Shown in pieces: positions 38,700 through 48,725 of a stretch of 64,000 nt of DNA; the first letter of the stretch is position 1, and each line of letters starts with the position of its first letter. Origin of the DNA: an uncultured delta proteobacterium (lineage in GTDB: Bacteria > Desulfobacterota > Binatia > UBA9968); NCBI GenBank assembly GCA_963727625.1, contig CAVSHR010000004.1:1472001-1536000 (forward strand), given 5' to 3'. Below the pieces are notes generated by a model, which had not been told where the DNA came from, searched no databases, and saw only the letters and a list, made by a program, of their open reading frames with translations. The position numbers and the translations under genes are program-made.

Positions 38700-39464
38700 G
38701 TGGCAGACAAAACACTAACGCTGGGTCAGTTTCGCACGCTGCGAAAAGATAATTGGTGGGTGCAGCCGTTGCTCGTCGTTGTCGGTCTCGGCGCATTCGG
38801 CATTTACGCGACGTGGGCTGCATTTCAGAACGCCCACTATTACGTCGAGCCCTATCTTTCGCCGTTTTATTCGCCGTGCATTTCGGCCAACTGTACCCGT
38901 CTCAGCGTGCCGTTGATCGGCTCGTGGTGGAATCTCTCGCCGGCTATTTTGATTTTATGGATACCCGGCGGCTTTCGCGCCACCTGTTATTATTACCGCA
39001 AAGCCTACTACCGCTCTTTTTTTCTATCGCCGCCAGCGTGCGCCGTGCGCGACGCCGCAAAATCTTATAGCGGCGAGACGCGCTTCCCGTATTTGTTTCA
39101 GAACCTGCATCGCTATTTTTTCTATCTTTCACTGGTCGTTTTGGCCTTCCTGTGGTGGGATGCGGTCGACGCCTTTCGGTTTCCCGACGGCTTCGGGATG
39201 GGCGTGGGCACGATTGTGCTGTTTCTCAATGCCGCGCTTCTTTCGCTGTTCAGCTTCTCGTGTAATTCCTGTCGCCACATTTGCGGCGGTCACTTGAATT
39301 CATTCCACAACGCGCCCGCCAAATACAAATTCTGGAGCTGGGTTAGCAAGATCAATGAAAAGCACATGGAACTTGCCTGGGTCAGCTTGATCTGGGTCGG
39401 CCTGACCGATCTTTACGTCCGGCTGCTCTCGATGGGCGTGATTTCCGATTTGAGGTTTTTCTAA
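38700..39464 (+). CDS. Succinate dehydrogenase membrane subunit, Sdh1 (Rv0249c-like) type
   Basis: YLSPFYSP, FRATCYYYRKAYYRSFF.SPPACAV, QNLHRYF and SCNSCRHICGG motifs. Confidence 0.85.
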   Translation: MADKTLTLGQFRTLRKDNWWVQPLLVVVGLGAFGIYATWAAFQNAHYYVEPYLSPFYSPCISANCTRLSVPLIGSWWNLSPAILILWIPGGFRATCYYYRKAYYRSFFLSPPACAVRDAAKSYSGETRFPYLFQNLHRYFFYLSLVVLAFLWWDAVDAFRFPDGFGMGVGTIVLFLNAALLSLFSFSCNSCRHICGGHLNSFHNAPAKYKFWSWVSKINEKHMELAWVSLIWVGLTDLYVRLLSMGVISDLRFF

Positions 39465-41263
39465 TGGCTGAAGCAAAGTACGAAACTCACGAATACGACG
39501 TCGTCGTCATCGGCGCCGGCGGCGCCGGTCTGCGCGCCGCAGTGGAAGCGTCCGCGCAAGGCGTTAAGACCGCGCTCGTCTGCAAGTCACTGCTCGGCAA
39601 GGCGCACACGGTCATGGCCGAGGGCGGTATCGCGGCGGCGATGGGCAACGTTTATCCCGAGGATAACTGGAAAGTTCACTTTCGCGACACCATGCGCGGC
39701 GGCAAGCTGCTCAACAACTGGCGTATGGCGCAGCTCCATGCTCAAGAAGCGCCTGATCGGGTGTTGGAGCTTGAAGAATGGGGCGCGCTCTTCGACCGAA
39801 CCAAGGAAGGCTTGATCCTCCAGCGCGATTTCGGCGGCCACCGTTATGCCCGCTTGGCTCACGTCGGCGATCGCACCGGGTTGGAGATGATCCGCACGCT
39901 GCAGCAACACGCCGTGCACAAAGGCATTGACGTGTACATGGAGTGCAACCTCCAGCGGCTTCTGACCGACGGCGGCAGGATCGCCGGCGCCTTCGGCTAC
40001 TGGCGCGAGAGCGGCAAGTTCATCATGTTCAAATGCAAAGCCGTCGTGCTCGCCACCGGTGGCGGCGGCAAGGCCTGGAAGGTTACGTCGAACTCCTGGG
40101 AATATACCGGCGACGGTGTGACCATGGCAGCCGACGTGGGTGCCGATCTGATGGACATGGAATTTATGCAATTCCACCCTACGGGAATGGTCTGGCCGCC
40201 CAGCGTGCGCGGGATTCTCGTCACCGAGGGCGTGCGCGGCGACGGCGGGACCTTGAAAAACACCGAAGGCAAGCGCTTCATGTTCAACTACATCCCGGAG
40301 TTCTTCAAAGCCGAGACCGCCGAGACCGAGCAAGAGGCCGACGCCTGGTACGAAGACAAAAAAAACCGGCGCACCCCGGACCTGCTGCCGCGCGACGAAG
40401 TCGCCCGGGCGATCAACTCTGAAGTGAAAGCCGGCCGCGGCACGGCGCATGGCGGGGTTTTCCTCGACATCGCATCGCGCCGGCCGGCAGACTATATCCA
40501 GAAGCGGCTCCCCTCCATGTATCACCAGTTCAAAGAGCTGGCCGACGTCGACATCACAAAGGAGCCGATGGAAGTCGGCCCCACCTGCCACTATTCCATG
40601 GGCGGGGTTCGGGTGGATGCGGATTCCACAGCGACCACGGTTCCGGGGTTATTCGCCGCCGGCGAAGTCGCCGCCGGTCTGCACGGCGCCAACCGGCTCG
40701 GCGGCAACTCACTCTCCGACCTTTTGGTCTTCGGCCGGCGCGCCGGTCTCTATGCCGCAGAATACGTGAAGTCCTTTAGCGGCTCGGTAAGCGTTGATAA
40801 CGATCAGGTGGAAGCCCATGCGCGCACCATGCTGGCGCCCTTCGAGAGCAAAGGCAACGAAAATCCTTACACTATCCATGCCGACCTGCAGCAGAGCATG
40901 CAGAATCTGGTCGGCATCATTCGCGCCGAATCCGAGTTGAAGCAAGCGCTCGATATTCTCCAGACCCTGAAGCAAAGAACCCTAAATGTAAAAGTCGAAG
41001 GCAATCGGCACTACAATCCGGGATGGCATCTTGCCCTGGATCTACATTCGCTTTTGACCTTCGCCGAAGCCGCGACACTCGCCGCCATCGAGAGAAAAGA
41101 AAGCCGCGGCGGCCATACCCGCGACGACTATCCCAGCACCGATGCCAAGTTTGCCAAGGTCAACGTGATCGTTCGCATCAAGGACGACAAGTTCACGCTC
41201 ACCCAGGAGCCTCTACCCGAAATGCCAGATGAGCTCAAAGCACTGCTCGAGGAGAAAAAGTAA
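39464..41263 (+). CDS. sdhA: Succinate dehydrogenase/fumarate reductase flavoprotein
   Basis: GAGGAG, AHTVMAEGG, QFHPT, HGANRLGGNSL and ESRGGH motifs. Confidence 0.95.
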   Translation: MAEAKYETHEYDVVVIGAGGAGLRAAVEASAQGVKTALVCKSLLGKAHTVMAEGGIAAAMGNVYPEDNWKVHFRDTMRGGKLLNNWRMAQLHAQEAPDRVLELEEWGALFDRTKEGLILQRDFGGHRYARLAHVGDRTGLEMIRTLQQHAVHKGIDVYMECNLQRLLTDGGRIAGAFGYWRESGKFIMFKCKAVVLATGGGGKAWKVTSNSWEYTGDGVTMAADVGADLMDMEFMQFHPTGMVWPPSVRGILVTEGVRGDGGTLKNTEGKRFMFNYIPEFFKAETAETEQEADAWYEDKKNRRTPDLLPRDEVARAINSEVKAGRGTAHGGVFLDIASRRPADYIQKRLPSMYHQFKELADVDITKEPMEVGPTCHYSMGGVRVDADSTATTVPGLFAAGEVAAGLHGANRLGGNSLSDLLVFGRRAGLYAAEYVKSFSGSVSVDNDQVEAHARTMLAPFESKGNENPYTIHADLQQSMQNLVGIIRAESELKQALDILQTLKQRTLNVKVEGNRHYNPGWHLALDLHSLLTFAEAATLAAIERKESRGGHTRDDYPSTDAKFAKVNVIVRIKDDKFTLTQEPLPEMPDELKALLEEKK

Positions 41264-42015
41264 TGGCCGATCAACAAGTCCATATGCGGGTGTGGCGCGG
41301 CGATGCGCAGGGCGGCGAATTTAAAGACTATCGCCTTGCTGTCGGGGAGGGCCAAGTCGTGCTCGACGTCATCCACGCGATCCAGGCGCAACAGGCGAAC
41401 GACCTGGCCGTGCGTTGGAATTGCAAGGCCGGCAAGTGCGGCTCATGCAGCGCCGAGGTCAACGGCAAACCGCGCCTCATGTGCATGACCCGAATGAATC
41501 TGTTTCAACCCGGAGAGACCATCACGGTGGCGCCAATGCGGACCTTTCCGATCATTCGCGACCTGGTGACCGACGTTTCTTTCAATTTCAGAAAGGCGCG
41601 GGAGATTCCTGCTTTCAAACCCAAGCCCAAGGAAGCCGATGGCACGCGCCGGATGTTTCAGGAAGACATCGACCGCGTGCAAGAGTTTCACAAATGCATC
41701 GAGTGCTTCCTATGCCAGAATGTCTGCCACGTCATTCGCGACCACGAGGAAAACAAACCGGCCTTCGCCGGCCCGCGCTTTTTCGTCCGCTTGGCGTCTT
41801 TGGAGATGCACCCGCTCGACTCTAACGATCGGATGGAGCTGATTAAGCAGAAGGCCGGTCTTGGTTTCTGCAATATCACCAAATGTTGCACCGAAGTTTG
41901 TCCGGAGCAGATTCATATCACCGATAATGCGATTATTCCCTTGAAGGAACGGGTCGTCGACCGATACTACGATCCGATCGCCAAATTCTTGGGCCTTTTC
42001 TCTCAGAGAAAGTAG
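41263..42015 (+). CDS. sdhB: Succinate dehydrogenase/fumarate reductase Fe-S subunit
   Basis: CKAGKCGSC, CIECFLCQNVC and CNITKCCTEVCP motifs. Confidence 0.95.
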   Translation: MADQQVHMRVWRGDAQGGEFKDYRLAVGEGQVVLDVIHAIQAQQANDLAVRWNCKAGKCGSCSAEVNGKPRLMCMTRMNLFQPGETITVAPMRTFPIIRDLVTDVSFNFRKAREIPAFKPKPKEADGTRRMFQEDIDRVQEFHKCIECFLCQNVCHVIRDHEENKPAFAGPRFFVRLASLEMHPLDSNDRMELIKQKAGLGFCNITKCCTEVCPEQIHITDNAIIPLKERVVDRYYDPIAKFLGLFSQRK

Positions 42016-42093
42016 GCGCACCGGCGCCGGTGCGTGAGTCGGAATCACGAACTGATTTGGAATGCCGCGACGCGTTCGCCCGCGGAGCCCGGG

Positions 42094-42624
42094 CTAAGGG
42101 CGTTCGCGCCGCCGCAAATACATTTTGACCCAGTAATCATAAAGGGAAGCGACGGTGAACTTTTCGGTCTGATTGCGCTTCAAGGCCGATTCATAGTCGA
42201 TGGCAATATCCTGGCCATCCTTGCTCACGCCGAGAAGACGGCCCTGTTTCTGATCGACGAATGCGCCGACGGCGCGGAGTATTTGCGAAAGATTATGGGC
42301 CTCGGGGCCCCCGCCCCCGCTGCTTTGCCGTTTCGACTGCCCCTCGGCATCCATCCGAGCGATATCATCGTGCGTATAATGGAGCTCTAGCGCTCCCGAA
42401 GTGGGCTGGGGCTCTGGCGACGGCTCTGCCTTTTTGCGGCGAAAGATCTGCCAGGTCACGCGTAACGAGACATCCGGCGTTTGCGCCTGCGTCTTGGGAG
42501 GCTTTTGGGCGCGCACGGATATGCCGCTATCCTCGACCTTCAGCGAAAACGACTCGATCTGCAGCGGCTCCAACATTTGCCCGACCGGGCGAAGCAATTG
42601 AGAAAAATTTAAATTTAATGACAT
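42094..42624 (-). CDS. Hypothetical protein (paralog of 42859-43377)
   Basis: Shares ELHYT..D...(D/E)AEG, LSQ.LR..G and LYD.WV.MYL.R.ER with its neighbour. Confidence 0.8.
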   Translation of the reverse strand: MSLNLNFSQLLRPVGQMLEPLQIESFSLKVEDSGISVRAQKPPKTQAQTPDVSLRVTWQIFRRKKAEPSPEPQPTSGALELHYTHDDIARMDAEGQSKRQSSGGGGPEAHNLSQILRAVGAFVDQKQGRLLGVSKDGQDIAIDYESALKRNQTEKFTVASLYDYWVKMYLRRRERP

Positions 42625-42858
42625 GGCAGGCGCGAGTTATCAAAAAGACAAGCAGTTCTAAACAATTAATTTTACGCGCTCAGTCGCGCTGAATCGTCAC
42701 TGCGTCTGTTGTCCATTCCAATCCAGGCGTCATAGAGCGTCGGAAGGTCGTTTGGTTCGGTGGCTATTTGCCCGCACGGTCATTCATATTCGGCCCTGCT
42801 GATCGGGCATCCATCCGAAGACTGCACGCGCCTCCAGGCATTCCCGGTTCATTTGAGC

Positions 42859-43377
42859 CTAATGAGCGGTGCGCTCCGCCCGTTGTAAGTACATCCCTAC
42901 CCAAAGATCATAAAGATCTTTGACCGAGAAAGTGTCTTTGATTCGATTCCCCGACGAAGTTTCGTACTCTAAAGTCACAAACTCCATTTCGCGAGTTAAT
43001 TTGACCAGGCTAGCTGATTTCTTGCTCAAATATCCGCCAATACTACGTAGAGATTGCGATAGCCTGGACGCATCTGCCATAGCCGCAGAATTGCCTCGTC
43101 GTGAGCGCCCCTCTGCTTCCAGCCTCTCCACGTCCGATAATGTATAGTGTAATTCAATTGACGACGGTCCGTCGGAACCACTCCGGTCGCCCGCTTGAAG
43201 CGCGTCCCAAGCTGCGCGGATTTTATTCGCGCGCTGGTCTTTCGCGCGGGCCAAACTTCCTCGGATAAAGAATTTGTCGCCCGCGGTTTCCAATTCAAAG
43301 CCCTTGACATCCAATACTTCCAAGGCTTGGCCAATCGCACGCAACGGCTGCGCGTAATCCGTCACCTCAGCCATCAT
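42859..43377 (-). CDS. Hypothetical protein (paralog of 42094-42624)
   Basis: Same shared motifs as above; TTGACA-N17-TAAAAA upstream. Confidence 0.8.
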   Translation of the reverse strand: MMAEVTDYAQPLRAIGQALEVLDVKGFELETAGDKFFIRGSLARAKDQRANKIRAAWDALQAGDRSGSDGPSSIELHYTLSDVERLEAEGRSRRGNSAAMADASRLSQSLRSIGGYLSKKSASLVKLTREMEFVTLEYETSSGNRIKDTFSVKDLYDLWVGMYLQRAERTAH

Positions 43378-43747
43378 TACCCCCACACTAACTTTGGCAT
43401 TGTCTGCGAACAATGCGCCGAAACTTGTCCAATAATTACGTTACAACTGACTCTATAACCGCTTTTTACTCTTCAGTGCATATTGTGTCAAGAAAATTTA
43501 CAACGGATCCACCTGGGGCCAGCCGCTATTTTAGGGTTATGAGGTTGTATTATCTCAATCGGCTGGAACACGACTGATTGCCTTCGCGATCATAAGACTG
43601 AAAACTTGGTGGCACCTCGTCGAATCACTCGTCACAATAAATCGATATTTTAACGAATAAAAATTGTAAAACATGTCGGCTAGGCGAACGGGGCCGTGAG
43701 CGTGAACGCAGGGAATCTCGGACAACATCGATTACGGCTTTCTAACC

Positions 43748-44920
43748 CTAACCGTTGCGCAGGCGGAAACCGCCTGCTGCCTGAAGCGTAATCGGTTTGG
43801 CCTTTTCGTCTTCGCAAGCTTGATCCGCTACCGGCTCTTGGTCGACCTTCAACCCGGCCAACTTTATTTTGAGTCTTAGATTGTTGGCGCTATCGGCATT
43901 CGCCAGGGCCTGGTCCAAACTGATTTGCCCCTCTTTATAGAGGCTAAAAAGCGCCTGATCGAAAGTCTGGCAACCCTCTTGTATACCTTGCTCCATGCCT
44001 CCTTTGAGTTCGTCGACCTCGCCTTTTTTAATCAGATCCTTGAGGCGCGGCGTATCCATCAAAATCTCCAAGGCCGCTACCCGCTTGCCACTAAGGGACG
44101 GAATCAAACGCTGGGAAACGATCGAGCGCAGATTGAGCGACAGTTGCAGATAGATTTGCGCGTGGCGCTCGCTCGGAAAGAAGTTCATGATTCGTTCGAT
44201 TGCTTGGTTGGCGTTGTTGGAGTGGAGTGTGCCGAGACAGAGATGGCCCGTTTCGGCGAAAACAATTGAGGCCTCCATCGTCTCGGTGTCGCGAATTTCA
44301 CCGATCAAAATGACGTCCGGGGCTTGGCGCAGCGTGTTTTTAAGCGCGGCTTGAAAGGAATGGGTGTCGAATCCCACTTCCCGTTGGGTTACCACGGATT
44401 TCTTGTGCCGATGGACAAACTCGATGGGATCTTCGATCGTGATGATATGCCCCGCTTCATTGGCGTTGCGGTGATCGATCATCGCGGCCAACGAGGTGGA
44501 TTTTCCGGAGCCGGTGGCGCCGACCACGAGAACCAATCCCCGTTTCGTCATGACGATATCTTTAAGTATCGACGGCAGGCCCATCTCATCGACCGACATG
44601 ACATCCGCCTTGATGCGCCGAATCACCATGCCTACCGAACCGCGCTGCTGAAACATGTTGATGCGAAAGCGGGCGACGCCCGGCAGTGACGTGGCCAAAT
44701 TCATCTCCAATGATTCGGCAAATTCTCGCTGCTGTTTTTCGTTTAAGATCGCTTGGACAAGCCCCTTGAGCTCATCGGGCGTGAACGAATGCTCGCCGAT
44801 CGCGCGAAGATCACCGTCGATCCGGTACATGGGCGGACGCGCCACCGTGAGGTAGAGATCCGACGCCTCCTGTTCGACCATCACGGTAAAGAAATCTTGT
44901 ATGTTGATGGCTGATTCCAT
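43748..44920 (-). CDS. pilU: Type IV pilus retraction ATPase PilU
   Basis: ASDLYL, GATGSGKST, TIEDPIE, LRQAPDVILIGEIRD and TLHSNNANQAIERI; follows pilT. Confidence 0.93.
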   Translation of the reverse strand: MESAINIQDFFTVMVEQEASDLYLTVARPPMYRIDGDLRAIGEHSFTPDELKGLVQAILNEKQQREFAESLEMNLATSLPGVARFRINMFQQRGSVGMVIRRIKADVMSVDEMGLPSILKDIVMTKRGLVLVVGATGSGKSTSLAAMIDHRNANEAGHIITIEDPIEFVHRHKKSVVTQREVGFDTHSFQAALKNTLRQAPDVILIGEIRDTETMEASIVFAETGHLCLGTLHSNNANQAIERIMNFFPSERHAQIYLQLSLNLRSIVSQRLIPSLSGKRVAALEILMDTPRLKDLIKKGEVDELKGGMEQGIQEGCQTFDQALFSLYKEGQISLDQALANADSANNLRLKIKLAGLKVDQEPVADQACEDEKAKPITLQAAGGFRLRNG

Positions 44921-44942
44921 GACGACGATCTCGCTCCGCTTT

Positions 44943-46016
44943 TTAGAGCCTCCCGCCGACCACTGCGGCCGGCCCGGCGGCGCCAAATAGATTGGGGTTC
45001 ATGCTTTTCGACTGGGCTTCTTCGCGAGTCACGATGCCCCGCGTTACCAGGTTCGTCAGCGCCATATCCATGGTCTGCATGCCGTCCCTCTGGCTTACTT
45101 GCATGGTGCCGGGGATTTGATGAATTTTTCCCTCGCGAATTAGATTACGCACCGCGGTGGTGCCCGTGAGAATCTCCAAGGCCGCCACGCGCCCGCCGAC
45201 CTTCTTCTTGAGCAGCGTTTGGGTGATCACCGCTTCCATCGACTCGGCGAATTGCGCGCGGATCTGTGCCTGCTGGGTAGGCGGGAAAACGTCGATGATA
45301 CGGTCGACGGTTTTCGGCGCGCTCGAAGTATGCAGCGTGCCGAAGACGATATGGCCGGTTTCCGCCGCCGTGAGAGCTAGCTGTATCGTCTCCAAGTCGC
45401 GCATTTCACCGACCAGGATAATATCCGGGTCCTCGCGCAACGCGGAACGCAGTGCGTTGGCGAACGAATGAGTATGCGGTCCCAGCTCGCGCTGGTTGAC
45501 CAAGCATTTTTTTGACTGATGGACGAATTCGATGGGATCCTCGACGGTGAGGATATGGCCTTCAAATGAGCTGTTTAGATAATCGACCATGGCGGCTAGC
45601 GTGGTCGATTTGCCGGAACCCGTCGGGCCGGTCACTAAAATCAAGCCCTTGTCCTTTTCGCAGAGCTGTTTCAGTATCGGCGGCATGCCCAGCTCTTCGA
45701 GACTCATCACCTTGGTCGGAATTGTTCGAAATACCGCGCCTTCGCCTTTCCGCTGCATAAAAACGTTGACACGAAAGCGCGCCACTTGACCCAACTCAAA
45801 AGAAAAATCGCATTCATGAGTTTCTTCGAAAACCCGTCGCTGCACGTCGTTCATGATGTCGTAGACGAGCGCGTGAACCTGCTCTTTAGTCAGAGCCGGA
45901 TTGTCCAGCTTCTTGAGCTCGCCGTCGATGCGAATCATCGGCGGTTCGCCGGCGCTCAAGTGACAATCCGACGCCCCCTGTTCAACGCCGAATACTAGAA
46001 GATTGGTAATATCCAT
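44943..46016 (-). CDS. pilT: Type IV pilus retraction ATPase PilT
   Basis: GPTGSGKSTT, LREDPD, AVRNLIRE and GMQTMD motifs. Confidence 0.95.
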   Translation of the reverse strand: MDITNLLVFGVEQGASDCHLSAGEPPMIRIDGELKKLDNPALTKEQVHALVYDIMNDVQRRVFEETHECDFSFELGQVARFRVNVFMQRKGEGAVFRTIPTKVMSLEELGMPPILKQLCEKDKGLILVTGPTGSGKSTTLAAMVDYLNSSFEGHILTVEDPIEFVHQSKKCLVNQRELGPHTHSFANALRSALREDPDIILVGEMRDLETIQLALTAAETGHIVFGTLHTSSAPKTVDRIIDVFPPTQQAQIRAQFAESMEAVITQTLLKKKVGGRVAALEILTGTTAVRNLIREGKIHQIPGTMQVSQRDGMQTMDMALTNLVTRGIVTREEAQSKSMNPNLFGAAGPAAVVGGRL

Positions 46017-46106
46017 AGTGTTAAGCTCCACAGCCGCGCGTAGGTGAATTTTATTATACTGGCGTGAAATCTGTAAAGAATTTTAAGATCTACCGGATCG
46101 TAAGCT

Positions 46107-46122
46107 CGCAAATACAGTACCA
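46107..46122 (-). promoter_or_regulatory. Putative sigma54 promoter of pilTU
   Basis: Minus strand TGGTAC-TGTAT-TTGCG (GG-N10-GC) about 90 bp upstream of pilT. Confidence 0.55.
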
Positions 46123-46237
46123 AGACTGCCGCAGCGTCAAAATCATTTTCAGCGCGTCGCCCCGCTATGATTTGATTCTTGATTCTCTTCGTAAAAGCAG
46201 ATACTTATGCGCTAACTTCTGAGAGAAATTAGAAATT

Positions 46238-47011
46238 ATGTTAAATCGAAAAGTTGCCTTGGTGACGGGCGGGGGTACCGGAATTGGTAAGGCAATTGCG
46301 CTGGGCTTGGCCCAAAATGGTGCGAATGTGGCCATCGCTTCCCGCGACCTGTCCCATATTGAACAGACGAGCGCGGAGCTAAAAAAGCACGGCCTTTCGG
46401 TCCTTCCGCTCCAGATGGATGTCCGAAAGAAGTCAGATGTTCAGCGAACTATTGCAGCCATTGTGTCGAGCTGGGGCGCAGTGCATATCTTGGTGAATAA
46501 CGCCGGACGGTCCGGACTGAGCATGATGAACGACCCGGACGACGCCACGTGGTACGACATCATCGACACGAACCTAAACGGGCTGTATCTCGTCACCAAG
46601 GCTGTGCTGGAAAAAATGCCGGACCATGCGGGCGGCAGGATCATCAACATCTCCTCCGTTCTGGGAAAATTCGGCGTGCCTGGCTATACGGCATATTGCA
46701 CGACCAAACATGGCATGATCGGCTTTTCACGGGCCCTCGCGCTGGAAGTGGTCCACCGCGGCATTACCGTCAATACCATCTGTCCGGGTTGGGTGGACAC
46801 CGAAATGGCCACACTCGGCATCAACGAAACCGCCGCGTCTCAGGGGATTACACCGGAAGAATTCCGCGCTCAAGCCACGGCCGCGGTGCCGATTAAACGA
46901 TTTCTTCAAGCCGATGAAATCGCCGATCTGGTTTGTTACATCGCTTCTGAGGCGGCCCGCGGCATCACCGGTCAAGCCATGAATATCTGCGGCGGTCAGA
47001 CAATGGATTAG
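46238..47011 (+). CDS. SDR-family oxidoreductase
   Basis: TGGGTGIG, NNAG, YCTTK and ICPGWVDT motifs. Confidence 0.92.
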   Translation: MLNRKVALVTGGGTGIGKAIALGLAQNGANVAIASRDLSHIEQTSAELKKHGLSVLPLQMDVRKKSDVQRTIAAIVSSWGAVHILVNNAGRSGLSMMNDPDDATWYDIIDTNLNGLYLVTKAVLEKMPDHAGGRIINISSVLGKFGVPGYTAYCTTKHGMIGFSRALALEVVHRGITVNTICPGWVDTEMATLGINETAASQGITPEEFRAQATAAVPIKRFLQADEIADLVCYIASEAARGITGQAMNICGGQTMD

Positions 47012-47115
47012 CGCGACGGGTTGACACCGACTTTTGACCCGCAGTATGGACTGCGCCTTTACCCGCTTCACGGCGCGGATCGAATCGCCATTCTGACTTT
47101 TAATTGGAGAACCTC

Positions 47116-48645
47116 GTGAGCCTCGAATCGATCATCGTTCGAAATCCCGCGACGCTGGAGAAAATCGCCGAGTTGCCGGTCGCGTCGTCATCCGACGTCG
47201 CCGCGACCGTGAAACGCGGCCGCGCGGCGCAGGCGACCTGGCAGGAAACCAGTTTCGCCGAGCGCGCGCGGCTGTTTTACCGACTGCGCGATTTGCTGCT
47301 CGACGAAGCCGATAAACTTTCGGATATCCTGACTAGCGAAACCGGCCGGCCCCGGGCGGAAGTTCACGGCAACGAGCTGTTGTATCTCTGCGATGCCATC
47401 GGCGTTTGGGCGAAGAAAAGCCCACGCTACCTTCGTCCGAAAAAAATTCGGCCGTACTTCCCGTTACTCAAAATCAAGAGAGTCGTCTCAACCTACGCGC
47501 CGCGCGGTGTCATCGGAATGATCAGCCCATGGAATTTCCCATTGACCATGACCCTGGGGGAGGCATTGCCGGCGTTGATGGCGGGCAATGCAGTAATCAT
47601 CAAACCCTCGGAGTTGACGCCCCTGTCGGCGCTTTTCGGCGCGGAAATTGCGGCTAAAGCTGGCTTCCCGGAACATCTATTGCAGGTGGTTACCGGTTAC
47701 GGCGCGACCGGCGAAGCGCTGGTGGACCATGCCGATATGATCGCTTTTACCGGCAGCGTGGAGACCGGCAAGCGGGTCATGCGGCGCGCGGCGGATCGAG
47801 TAATTCCGGTGTCCCTGGAGCTCGGCGGCAAAGATCCGATGATCGTTTTGAAGGACGCGGCGCTCGATCGCGCGGTCGGCGCTTGCGTTTGGGGCGCGAT
47901 GATGAATTGCGGCCAGATATGCACTTCCATTGAACGGGTTTATGTCGAAGCGGCCGTTTATCAACAATTCGTCGACAAGGTCGTCGCGCGGGTGCGCGCC
48001 ATACGCCAAGGCCCGAGCGCAAACGACGTGGATGTCGGTTGCATCACTTCGGAAGCGCAATTGAAAAAAATCGTTGCCCAGGTCGACGAAGCGCTGGCCA
48101 AAGGCGCCAAAGCGCTCACCGGCGGGCGGCGTAATCCGAGTCTCCCGGGCTACTATTACGAACCGACCGTGCTCGTCGACGTCGACGATTCCATGCAGGT
48201 CATGACCGAAGAAACCTTCGGCCCGATCATACCGATTGTCAAAGTGAACGATGCCGCCGAAGCGCTGCGTCTGGCCAACGCCTCGCGTTACGGCCTAAGC
48301 GGCAGCATCTTCACCCGGGATCCGGCGCTAGCCCGACACTTAGCGGATGAGATGCAAAGCGGCTCGGTGTGCATCAATGACAGCTTGGTGCCGTTCATCG
48401 TCGTGGATGCGCCCATGGGCGGGCGCAAAGACAGCGGCTTCAGCTCTCGCCACGGCGCCCAAGGCATCCGCAAATTCTGCCAGCAAAAAACCATCGTCAT
48501 CGACAGATTCGGTCTCAAGGAGGAGTTTCCCTGGTACCCCGCTAGTAAACAAAAAGCGCTCCAAGTTCGCCATCTTCTCAACCTGCTTTGCCATTCCGGC
48601 TGGCGCCACAAGCTCAGCGCCCTTAAAGGCCTGATCAAGAGCTAG
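47116..48645 (+). CDS. Aldehyde dehydrogenase
   Basis: PWNFP, FTGS, LELGGKD, GQIC and EETFGP motifs. Confidence 0.93.
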   Translation: MSLESIIVRNPATLEKIAELPVASSSDVAATVKRGRAAQATWQETSFAERARLFYRLRDLLLDEADKLSDILTSETGRPRAEVHGNELLYLCDAIGVWAKKSPRYLRPKKIRPYFPLLKIKRVVSTYAPRGVIGMISPWNFPLTMTLGEALPALMAGNAVIIKPSELTPLSALFGAEIAAKAGFPEHLLQVVTGYGATGEALVDHADMIAFTGSVETGKRVMRRAADRVIPVSLELGGKDPMIVLKDAALDRAVGACVWGAMMNCGQICTSIERVYVEAAVYQQFVDKVVARVRAIRQGPSANDVDVGCITSEAQLKKIVAQVDEALAKGAKALTGGRRNPSLPGYYYEPTVLVDVDDSMQVMTEETFGPIIPIVKVNDAAEALRLANASRYGLSGSIFTRDPALARHLADEMQSGSVCINDSLVPFIVVDAPMGGRKDSGFSSRHGAQGIRKFCQQKTIVIDRFGLKEEFPWYPASKQKALQVRHLLNLLCHSGWRHKLSALKGLIKS

Positions 48646-48725
48646 ACTCGCTTGCACTCCAACCGGGATTCTACTAATTAAAGACGATATTCACGGACAA
48701 TAGTATCATTTCAGAGGAGATTTAC

